Positions 20,562 to 29,600 of a DNA stretch of 64,000 nt are shown here, in pieces (within the stretch, counting starts at the first letter, position 1; each line of letters begins with the position of its first letter). Below the pieces are notes generated by a model. It saw only the letters and a list, made by a program, of their open reading frames with translations, was not told where the DNA came from and searched no databases. The position numbers and the translations under genes are program-made. Origin of the DNA: an uncultured Candidatus Saccharibacteria bacterium (GTDB lineage Bacteria; Patescibacteriota; Minisyncoccia; Phycocordibacterales; Phycocordibacteraceae); the NCBI GenBank assembly GCA_964398815.1, contig CAYNNZ010000002.1, positions 207 to 64,206 of the forward strand. The letters are read 5' to 3'.

Positions 20562-23500
20562 ATGTCGGCGAAATTCGTCCATCTCCACACCCATAGCCAC
20601 TACTCCTTCTTGCAGGCGCTTCCAAAGGTTCCGGAACTTATAAAAGCAGCCAAGGCAGCAGAAATGCCGGCACTCGGCATCACTGACGCAGGGAATCTTC
20701 ATGGCGCAGTTGAGTTCTATAAAGGAGCGGAAAAAGCAGGAATCAAAGCAATCATCGGTGTTGATGCCTATGTCGCCGCTCGCTCACGACACGACAAAAA
20801 TCCGGGTGACGAAGGTAAGCGTTCACGCCTTGTGCTGCTCGCCGAGAATAATGATGGCTACAAGAACCTCATGGTGCTTGTCACCAAAGCATTCACCGAG
20901 GGCATGTTCGACAAACCGCGCATGGATAAGGAACTCTTGCGCGAACACCGCAGCGGACTCATCGCCATCATTCCGTCCTTCGCGGGCGAAGTTGCACAGT
21001 ATCTGCGCGCCGGAGATAAGGCAGGAGCTGCAGCATCGCTTGCGGAATACGTTTCCATATTCGGGAAAGACAATGTGTTCCTCGAAATAACGCATCACCC
21101 TCAGGTGGACGGTCACGAGAAGCGCATGGAGGAGCTGGTAGCGCTCTCCAAAGAGTCCGGCATTCCGCTCGTGGCTCAGCACGACGTCTATTACTTAAAG
21201 CCAAGCGACCGCGAAGCAACGGCCGTGATGCGCCGCATAGCACACGGTGGCGAGGGACAGAACGAGGAGGAAGATTTCTCGTTCGTGTCCGAAAAGGAGA
21301 TGCGCAAATGGTTCAAGGACATGGAAGATGCGGTAGACCGTTCAGGCGAAATAGCGGAGCGCTGCAACGTCACGATGGAACTCGGCAGCTGGAACTTTCC
21401 CGCTATCGCAACGGACCCAGGGAAAACCCACGCTGAAATGCTGCGGGAGAAAACATACGCAGGACTCACACTGCGTGCCATGGAGCGAACACCTGAAGTC
21501 GAGGAGCGCATTGAGTACGAACTCGACGTGATTATCGGCAAGGGATTCGCTCCGTACTTCCTCGCCGTATCAGACCTCCTCACATTCGCAAAAAATAACG
21601 GTATCCTCTCGACCACGCGTGGCTCTGCGGCAGGCTCGCTTGTCTCATACCTCGTGGGTATCACGAACGTCGACCCGCTCTACTACAAACTTCCGTTTGA
21701 ACGCTTCCTCAACCCGGAGCGTCCGAAGGCACCTGATATCGACATGGACTTCGCCGACAACAGACGCGACGAGATGATTCAGTACGCCAAGGATAAGTAC
21801 GGGAGTGACCACGTGGCGCAGATAGGCACGTTCGGCACCATGATGGCGCGCGCCGCAGTGCGTGACGTCGCGCGTGCACTCGGCCACGCGTACCGTACCG
21901 GCGACCAGATAGCGAAATTGATTCCCATGGGTAGCCAGGGATTCCCCATGACCATTACCCGCGCGCTCGAACTCGAGCCCGAACTCAAAGCGCTCTATGA
22001 CGAGGACGACGACGCGCGCCAGGTCATCGACCTCGCTAAGCGCATCGAGGGATGTGTACGACATACGGGCGTGCACGCAGCGGGCGTGGTGATTTCTCCG
22101 ACGCCGCTCACCGATTGGACCCCGCTTCAGACGGACCCTAAGACGGGAAAATTGATTACGCAGTTCGACATGCATGCGGTCGAGGATGCCGGTCTTCTGA
22201 AGTTCGACTTCCTCGGCATCAAGAACCTCGCCATTCTCGCTGATGCTATCGAGCGGGTGCGCGAGAGCCGTGGCATCTACATCGATATTGAGAATATTCC
22301 GATGGACGACGCAAAGACGTTTGCCATGCTCGCGCGCGGCGAGACGGAAGGCACGTTCCAGCTGAACGGTTCCGGCATGACGCGCTACCTGAAGGAACTC
22401 CAGCCCACCACAATCCATGACATCAACGCCATGGTGGCGCTCTATCGCCCGGGCCCGATGGAAACCATTCCGCAATACATCGAGCGCAAGAAGAATCCGA
22501 AACTCATCCGCTTCCTCGACCCCCGCATGGAGGAATATCTGGATGCCTCCTATGGCCTTCTGGTGTACCAGGACGACGTGCTCCTCACCGCCATCAAGCT
22601 CGGCGGGTATTCGTGGCTCGAGGCCGACACACTCCGAAAAGCGATGGGTAAGAAGATTCCGGCAGAGATGGAGGCGCAGAAAGAAAAGCTGCTCGCAGGC
22701 TTTGCCGAGTTCGGAAAGCTCTCAAAGGAGAAGGGCGAAGCACTCTGGAAACTCATCGAGCCGTTCGCCGCCTATGGATTCAACAAGGCGCATGCTGCCT
22801 GCTACGGCAAGGTCGCCTACCAGACAGCCTACATGAAGGCTAATTATCCGGTTGAGTACATGGCCTCCGTGCTCACTGCAGACGCGGGCGACACGGAATC
22901 CATTTCTATCTTCGTCGCCGAGTGCGAGCGCATGGGCATTCCGGTGCTCCCGCCTGACGTGAACGAATCCGGCAGCGACTTCACGGTGGCCGGTGAGAAC
23001 AAAGACACCATCCGTTTCGGACTTACCTCAATTAAGAACTTCGGTGACGGTATCGCGGAGGCACTCAAGGTCGAGCGTGCCAAGGGCGGCCCGTTCCGTG
23101 ACCTTTCCGATTTCCTCTCGCGCATCCGCTCGAAGAACTTAAATCGCAAATCGCTCGAGTGTCTCATCGAGGCAGGCGCGCTCGATGCATTCGGGGAGCG
23201 CACGCACCTTCTTTCCCATATTGAAACCTTGCTCACCTTCCACCGCGACGCCACGACCGAAGCGCCGCAGGATTCCCTCTTTGGCGCACTCGACTTCGCC
23301 GCGCCGGCACTCAAGCTCCCTCCGGTCGACCGCCCTACGTCGCTCGCAGATAAGCTCGCGTGGGAGAAGGAACTGCTCGGTATTTATGTCTCGGGCCATC
23401 CGCTCGATGACCACACCGCGACTATCAGCAAGGCAGCGACCACCATCGGCCACATCAAGGCGGACCCAAATCCTGGCCTGCCGGTCATTCTCCCCGTCCT

Positions 23501-23720
23501 CGTGCAGGAGGTGCGCACCATTCTCACGAAGTCAGGCGAGAAGATGGCATTCGTAAAATTCGAGGATAAGTCTTCTTCTATCGAGGGCGTTATATTCCCA
23601 AAGATATTCAAGGAACTCGGCTCACTCGTGGTTCCCGGCAACTGTCTCCTTATTAAGTCGACTGTTTCGAATAGAAATGGCGAGCTGTCTCTGGCTATCG
23701 AGAATTTGAAATCGCTGTGA
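20562..23720 (+). CDS. dnaE: DNA polymerase III subunit alpha
   Basis: N-terminal PHP domain FVHLHTHSHYSFL. 1052 aa with polymerase, HhH and OB regions. Confidence 0.95.
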   Translation: MSAKFVHLHTHSHYSFLQALPKVPELIKAAKAAEMPALGITDAGNLHGAVEFYKGAEKAGIKAIIGVDAYVAARSRHDKNPGDEGKRSRLVLLAENNDGYKNLMVLVTKAFTEGMFDKPRMDKELLREHRSGLIAIIPSFAGEVAQYLRAGDKAGAAASLAEYVSIFGKDNVFLEITHHPQVDGHEKRMEELVALSKESGIPLVAQHDVYYLKPSDREATAVMRRIAHGGEGQNEEEDFSFVSEKEMRKWFKDMEDAVDRSGEIAERCNVTMELGSWNFPAIATDPGKTHAEMLREKTYAGLTLRAMERTPEVEERIEYELDVIIGKGFAPYFLAVSDLLTFAKNNGILSTTRGSAAGSLVSYLVGITNVDPLYYKLPFERFLNPERPKAPDIDMDFADNRRDEMIQYAKDKYGSDHVAQIGTFGTMMARAAVRDVARALGHAYRTGDQIAKLIPMGSQGFPMTITRALELEPELKALYDEDDDARQVIDLAKRIEGCVRHTGVHAAGVVISPTPLTDWTPLQTDPKTGKLITQFDMHAVEDAGLLKFDFLGIKNLAILADAIERVRESRGIYIDIENIPMDDAKTFAMLARGETEGTFQLNGSGMTRYLKELQPTTIHDINAMVALYRPGPMETIPQYIERKKNPKLIRFLDPRMEEYLDASYGLLVYQDDVLLTAIKLGGYSWLEADTLRKAMGKKIPAEMEAQKEKLLAGFAEFGKLSKEKGEALWKLIEPFAAYGFNKAHAACYGKVAYQTAYMKANYPVEYMASVLTADAGDTESISIFVAECERMGIPVLPPDVNESGSDFTVAGENKDTIRFGLTSIKNFGDGIAEALKVERAKGGPFRDLSDFLSRIRSKNLNRKSLECLIEAGALDAFGERTHLLSHIETLLTFHRDATTEAPQDSLFGALDFAAPALKLPPVDRPTSLADKLAWEKELLGIYVSGHPLDDHTATISKAATTIGHIKADPNPGLPVILPVLVQEVRTILTKSGEKMAFVKFEDKSSSIEGVIFPKIFKELGSLVVPGNCLLIKSTVSNRNGELSLAIENLKSL

Positions 23721-23766
23721 TATAAGAACGAGGAACCACCTGTTCCAACCGTAAGGAGAGATCGCC

Positions 23767-24108
23767 ATGAGCGATGCCCCGTATACTCGCGAAAAACTGC
23801 AAAGCCTGCTTGCCGGCGCGCGCAATGAACCGGTGCGGCATCCCGTCTTGCAAATCTCCGGCCACTTGAAGTCGCTCGAGGACATGACGCCGGATGCCCT
23901 CAAACGGCACCCGGAGCTCTGCCAAGTCTTCGCCGACTTCGCCAGCCGTTTCGGCAAACTATCCGAGCTGGTCCACGGTCGTCTCCCGGCCGGCACGATC
24001 GAGCGCCCTTCCGCCATCGACGACCCGATGATCGAAGGCGGCGGCAAACTGGCGCACGTGCAGTACGACCCGGAACGAATGCCGGGACTCGCGCGCATGT
24101 TCCGCTAA
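23767..24108 (+). CDS. hypothetical small protein (113 aa)
   Basis: SD AAGGAG 8 nt upstream of the ATG. Followed by terminator hairpin cggcctccctg-ccacac-agggaggccg (24115-24141). GC about 63%. Confidence 0.5.
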   Translation: MSDAPYTREKLQSLLAGARNEPVRHPVLQISGHLKSLEDMTPDALKRHPELCQVFADFASRFGKLSELVHGRLPAGTIERPSAIDDPMIEGGGKLAHVQYDPERMPGLARMFR

Positions 24109-24196
24109 CCGCCTCGGCCTCCCTGCCACACAGGGAGGCCGTGACATTTAGTACCCGAGTGGTATAACCCTTCCACGGCCCTCAGTCAGAAAGGAG

Positions 24197-24409
24197 ATGG
24201 CCATGCACAACACCACACCCTATCGCTCGCCGGACGAGCCGCTGTATGGCACACCCGGCTTTGCTTCCGCGCAGTCTGTGGAGAACTGGAAACGCCCGCG
24301 CGCTTCTTCGCTCCTGCCGGTCGCCCTCGATTCGCATCCGAATCGTCGTTCGCTCTTGAATTCCTGTTCCACCCTCATCTTGAGCTCTCGACTGCAGAGG
24401 CCGCCATGA
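24197..24409 (+). CDS. hypothetical small protein (70 aa), first gene of a coupled pair
   Basis: Strong SD GAAAGGAG 4-10 nt upstream. Its stop overlaps the next ORF's start (ATGA). Confidence 0.35.
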   Translation: MAMHNTTPYRSPDEPLYGTPGFASAQSVENWKRPRASSLLPVALDSHPNRRSLLNSCSTLILSSRLQRPP

Positions 24410-24612
24410 GCAGGGGAGGAAAACCGGCGCAGGCACACTGCCACAAGGGCGCGGAATTCTTCGGCAAAACCATGACTGTGCTCGGCACCTATCCGCTACC
24501 GCGCACGCTGACGGAAAGCCAAAGCCTCAACCAATTGCTCGACCTGCAGGTGCGAGCGGTCACGTTCCAATACGGTCATGGAATCACGATTGCGACCATT
24601 ACCGAAGACTGA
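24406..24612 (+). CDS. hypothetical small protein (68 aa), translationally coupled to 24197..24409
   Basis: ATGA overlap with the upstream ORF. Followed by a Rho-independent terminator at 24618-24659 (ccggcggcgtccc-ttcca-gggcgtcgccgg + UCUCUUUUAU). Confidence 0.35.
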   Translation: MSRGGKPAQAHCHKGAEFFGKTMTVLGTYPLPRTLTESQSLNQLLDLQVRAVTFQYGHGITIATITED

Positions 24613-24674
24613 ACTATCCGGCGGCGTCCCTTCCAGGGCGTCGCCGGTCTCTTTTATGCTATTCTCATCCCTAC

Positions 24675-26420
24675 ATGGCCTCCCTCGAGGAAAAACGGCA
24701 CACCCTCGCCCACCTGCTCGCTGCAGCGGTCGCGGAACGCTACCCCCACGCGAAAGCCACGATTGGCCCGGCAATAGATACGGGCTTTTACTACGATTTC
24801 GACTTCACCGGCGGCGACGCCCCGAAGGAAGCAGACCTCGCCGCCCTCGAGGAAGCGATGCGCGACCTTCTGCCTTCTTGGAATCAAATGTCAGGAACGG
24901 AGGTATCTGAAGCGGACGCTCGAGACCGGTTCTCCGGCAATGCCTACAAGCTCGAACTCATCGATGGAATCACGGAAAGTAAGGAGCCGATAACACTCTA
25001 CACGGCCGGCAATTTCACCGACCTCTGCCGCGGTGGCCACTGCGAGAATCCGGCACACGACATAAAGCCCGACTCATTCAAACTTGAACGCATTGCCGGT
25101 GCCTACTGGCGCGGGGACGAGACGAAGCCAATGCTCACGCGCCTCTATGGCCTTGCCTTCGAAACGAAGGATGACCTTGATGCCTACCTCGCAAACCGAG
25201 AAGAAATGGAGAAGCGCGACCATCGCCGCATTGGGAAGGACATGGGTCTATGGACTTTCTCGGACCTTGTCGGAGCAGGTCTTCCGCTCTTCACCCCGAA
25301 GGGTACCGTCATCCGCAATGCCCTTTTCAATACCCTGCTCGAAATCAGCGCCCGCTACGATATGGAGCCGGTCACCATTCCGCATATGGCAAAGCGCCGC
25401 CTGTATGAAATCTCCGGCCACGCAGATAAGTTCGGTGACGAACTCCTGACCGTCACGAGCCACTACGACCAATTCGTCTTGAAGCCGGTTAACTGCCCAC
25501 ATCACACACAGATTTACGCTGCAGAGCCGCGCAGCTACCGTGACCTCCCACTTCGCCTCATGGAGAGCACGATGCAGTACCGCGACGAGCGCCCGGGAGA
25601 AATCGGCGGTCTCACCCGCGTGCGCGCCATTACGGTCGACGATGGCCATATCTTCTGCCGTATCGACCAGGTGGAGGAAGAGGCTAAGAACATTGCTGAA
25701 ATCATTAAGGAGTTCTACTCAGGACTCGGCATGTGGGGCAATCACTGGGTATCACTTTCCGTACGCGACCCAGAGCACCTCGAAAAATACATCGGCGACG
25801 AGGAGGGATGGACGCAAGCAGAAGCGATGCTCAAGAACGTCTCGGATGCTATGAGCCTCGACGCCAAGCGCATGGAGGGTGAGGCTGCGCTCTACGGACC
25901 GAAGCTCGACTTTATGTTCACGGACGCCCTCGGCCGCGAACGCCAGCTGGCGACCATCCAGATAGACTTCGCAATGCCAAAGCGCTTTGAGCTCGAATAC
26001 ACCGACCAGGAGGGTAAGAAGTCGACCCCGGTAATGATTCATCGCGCCATCCTTGGCTCCTACGAGCGCTTCATGGCTATCCTCATCGAGCATTACGCAG
26101 GCGCCTTCCCTGCCTGGCTCGCGCCCGTACAGGTACGCGTGCTTCCGGTATCCGACAAGCATACCGACTATGCACGCGAGGTCCGTAAGCAGCTGAAGAC
26201 TGCAGGACTGCGCGCTGATATCGACGATGCAAACGAATCCTTGGGCAAGAAAATCAGGAACGCAAAGGGTGAGAAACTTCCCTACCTGCTCGTCGTCGGC
26301 GACAAGGAAATCGAGGACGGTACGGTCACCGTTGAGGTACGGACCGGAGAGAAATTGGGCGCGATGCCGACAAACGATTTCATAGAGAAGCTCAAAGAAG
26401 AAGTGCGCGACCGGAAATAG
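24675..26420 (+). CDS. thrS: threonyl-tRNA synthetase (short form lacking the N-terminal TGS domain)
   Basis: HRAILGSYERFMAILIEHYAGAFPAWLAPVQV and class II aaRS motifs. 581 aa. Confidence 0.9.
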   Translation: MASLEEKRHTLAHLLAAAVAERYPHAKATIGPAIDTGFYYDFDFTGGDAPKEADLAALEEAMRDLLPSWNQMSGTEVSEADARDRFSGNAYKLELIDGITESKEPITLYTAGNFTDLCRGGHCENPAHDIKPDSFKLERIAGAYWRGDETKPMLTRLYGLAFETKDDLDAYLANREEMEKRDHRRIGKDMGLWTFSDLVGAGLPLFTPKGTVIRNALFNTLLEISARYDMEPVTIPHMAKRRLYEISGHADKFGDELLTVTSHYDQFVLKPVNCPHHTQIYAAEPRSYRDLPLRLMESTMQYRDERPGEIGGLTRVRAITVDDGHIFCRIDQVEEEAKNIAEIIKEFYSGLGMWGNHWVSLSVRDPEHLEKYIGDEEGWTQAEAMLKNVSDAMSLDAKRMEGEAALYGPKLDFMFTDALGRERQLATIQIDFAMPKRFELEYTDQEGKKSTPVMIHRAILGSYERFMAILIEHYAGAFPAWLAPVQVRVLPVSDKHTDYAREVRKQLKTAGLRADIDDANESLGKKIRNAKGEKLPYLLVVGDKEIEDGTVTVEVRTGEKLGAMPTNDFIEKLKEEVRDRK

Positions 26421-26424
26421 GTCA

Positions 26425-26455
26425 CGGCCCGCGGAAGTCGCGGGCCGTTTCCGTC
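26425..26455. terminator. bidirectional terminator after thrS and after the small peptide gene
   Basis: cggcccgcg-gaagt-cgcgggccg + UUUCCGUCU. Confidence 0.55.
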
Positions 26456-26575
26456 TCATCTGCCCATGTGGTAGTACGCCCACCACATGGAGAGACCGGA
26501 GCCGATGATGACCACTACGCAGACGATGAGAATCCAGCCGTAGGTGCCAGGAGCGGCAAGGAGTCGTCGCAGCAT
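26456..26575 (-). CDS. putative 39-aa hydrophobic membrane peptide
   Basis: MLRRLLAAPGTYGWILIVCVVVIIGSGLSMWWAYYHMGR. Perfect SD GGAGG 5 nt before the ATG. Bracketed by two terminators. Not in the ORF track (below its size cut-off). Confidence 0.4.
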   Translation of the reverse strand: MLRRLLAAPGTYGWILIVCVVVIIGSGLSMWWAYYHMGR

Positions 26576-26630
26576 ATGAGCCTCCGACAAAGAGGTGTCC
26601 CAGAGAAAGTATGCGCCTGCCATACATAAA

Positions 26631-26663
26631 GCAAAAGCCCCGCTGTGCGGGGCTTTTGCTTTT
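26631..26663 (-). terminator. Rho-independent terminator after the giant Ig-repeat gene
   Basis: aaaagccccgc-tgtg-cgggggcttttgctttt-type hairpin (gcaaaagccccgctgtgcggggcttttgc) immediately downstream of the stop at 26677. Confidence 0.55.
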
Positions 26664-26676
26664 AGCGAGTGGCTAA

Positions 26677-29600
26677 TTAGCCATCAATCGCAGAGAGTGC
26701 GCGAGTAACCGCCAGCTTCACGCCGGTCGTTCCTGCCGTGTAGGTGGAATCAACTGCGGTCGAGAGCGAAGAGATGACGCGCTCGAGGAAACTTGGGTGG
26801 CAATTCTCGCAGACCTTTGCGATTTCCGGATGTACCGGAGCACCCTCGGTCTTTGCGCGGAACGCATCATCAAGCGCCATAGTCACGTGGGTGATGAACT
26901 CCTCCACGTTGCCGCCGGCCTTGTTGATGTCGCGAATCATGCCGAAGACCGCTTCCTTCTCACCTGCGAGAAGCGCAGTGATGAAGGATGGGACGTCGGT
27001 TGCAACAGGTGCTGCATGCGCGACTGGTGCTGCGTGCGCGATAGGCGCCGGTGCAACTTCCGCAACCGGTGCATGTACCGGAAGCGCAGGGACGAATCCG
27101 TGGTCTGCCTCGCGAGAGAGACCCTTCACGATGTCGTCGATGGTAAGCGCGCCGTTCTGTGCGAGAGACTTAAAGCCCTCGTAGCTTGCGTGTGTGCGTG
27201 CCGGAGCAGCGGCCGGAGCTGCACTATGCGCCACGTGGCGAGGTGCGGGCTCTGAAGCCGGTGCGTGGGTCACATGCGCACCTGCTGGTGCGTGCGAAGC
27301 CGGGATGGCTGCCGCATTGCGCTCTGCTCCATAGCCATGCGTATCGTCAGCATGGACCGGTGCGAGGCCGAGGCGCGCGAGCGCGAACGGTACGACACCA
27401 GCAATGATGAGGTATGCGGCTGCAAGCGATACGAGCGCGAGCATGAGCCAGTAGACTGCCGTACCGACAGGACCGAGGTCGAGACCGGTGTACGGGAGGT
27501 CAGAGAGGTAGACGTAGGTGAGCGGCTCGTCATGCACTATCGGGAGCGAATCAAGAACGATGCGCTGCTCAGTCTCGCGAACGCGGAGCGTTGCGGAACA
27601 GGTGATGACGTCACCGTTGTCGCCGTAGAAGGTTCCTTCATACGTGTACTTGCCCGGACCATTCGGCGAGACGCGGCGAGAACCGCCATCGGAGACGCTA
27701 CCGACTCCCTGATTGATGCGGACATGGTCCACATTGTCACTGTCCCAACGGAGGGTCGCATCTTCCCCATCATCGATGGTAGAAGGCGAAACGCTCATGG
27801 TGCAGGACGGACCAGGACGATGCGTATTCACCGTAACGGTGGTTGCGCAGGTCACGGTTCCGCCAGGACCCGTTGCCGTACCGGTGTAGGTGCGAGAACC
27901 GCCCGGAGTGACCGTGGTCGAACCGCTTGCTACCGGGCTCATAGAGCCGACACCCTGATCGATAACGAAGGAGGTCGCGTTCGAGGTATTCCACGTAAGC
28001 GTTGCCTGACCACCGTTAGAGATTGAGGACGGATTTGCGGAGAGCGAACAGGTCGGGCTCGGAGTCACGACGGTGACCGTTGCCTGACAATCAACGCTGC
28101 CGCCTGCACCTACTGCGTGAAGCGTGTAGGTCATGGTCGAGAGCGGCTGGACCGTACCCGAGCCGTTAAGCACGACGTTCGAGATGGTGATGCCGTTACT
28201 GACCGTTGCAGACGTTGCATTAGTCGTCGTCCACGTAAGGGTCGATGTGCCGCCGTAGTTCACTGACGTCGGTGACGCAGTGAGCGTACAGGTCGGTGCC
28301 GGAGGAGGCGGCTGTACGGTGACTGTGACAACCGTCGGGCACGAGACCGAACCGCCAGGACCTGTCGCCGTGAGCGTGTAGGTCGTAGTCTGCGTCGGTG
28401 TTACCACCTGCGTTCCTGCGGTTGCGACGCCGGTGCCGTTAAGAGCGACAGAGGTGGCATTCGTGGTCGACCACGAGAGGGTCGAAGACGAGCCCTGCTG
28501 CACAATCTGCGGATTCGCCGTGAGCGTACAGGTTGGTGCCGGAGGATTCACGACCGTAATGGTCTTCGTACAGTCGACCGATGCGCCGTTCGCGCCTACT
28601 GCGTGAAGCGTGTAGGTAGTGGTGACGGTCGGTGCGACTGCGAACGAACCTGACGTTGCGACGCTACCCACAGAGCTGATGGTGACGGTCGTAGCGTACT
28701 GAGTCGTCCACGAGAGCGTAGCTGCAGCGCCCTGCGTAATCGTCGACGGAGTTGCCTCAAGCGTACACTGCGGATTGGTCGGCGGGTTCACATAGATGAC
28801 TGCCGTACAATTCGCGCTGCCGCCAGGACCAGAGACCGTGAGCGTGTAGGTCGCGCTCTGGGTCGGTGCGACCTGCACTGAGCCGCCTGCGACCGGCGTG
28901 ACCGGGCCAACGCCAGAGAGGCTGCCCGAGGTTGCATTCACGCTCGTCCATACGAGGGTCGAAGTACCGCCCTGCGTAATAGAGGTCGGGCTTGCCGTGA
29001 GCGTACATGACGGAGGCGGAGGTGCGACCGTAACGACGACCGTTGCGGAACACGGGACGGACTGGCCGCCAGGGCCGTATGCGACGCCCGTGTAGGTAGT
29101 CGTCTGCTGCGGAGTCACCGTGCGTGAACCGCCAGAGACCGGCTGCACAGAACCGACACCCTGATCAATGGTGAACGACGTAGCGTACTGCGTAGACCAC
29201 GAGAGCGTTGCAGATGCTCCCTGCTGGATATTGTTCGGCGAGATGGTGAGCGTACAGACCGGAGGATTCGGCTGAACAACCTGAATGTCGGCCGTACAGG
29301 TCACCTGCTGTCCATCAGCGGAGGTCGCGACGAGCACGTAATGCGTATTTCCGTTCGGAGCTACGACACGTGAGCCGGAAGCCTGCACCTGACCAATGCC
29401 CTGATCAATCGTGATTGTGTTCGCGTTCTGGGTGTTCCAGACGAGCGTAGACGAGTTACCCGAGAGAATCGAGGTTGGGTTCGCGTTGAGCGAACAGGTC
29501 GGTGGCGGTGGTGGCTGATTCACGTTGACCGTTGCGTAGCAGTGCACCGTCTGACCAGTCGCGGACGTTGCGGTGAGGTCATACGTGGTCGTCCAATTCG

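Noticed and set aside
21645-22475. Minus-strand 276-aa ORF inside dnaE
   Set aside because: Antisense shadow of DnaE; no motifs.
25752-26627. Minus-strand 291-aa ORF overlapping the thrS 3' half and the downstream spacer
   Set aside because: Antisense to ThrRS. Only its extreme end (26456-26575, a different frame) looks like a genuine small gene.
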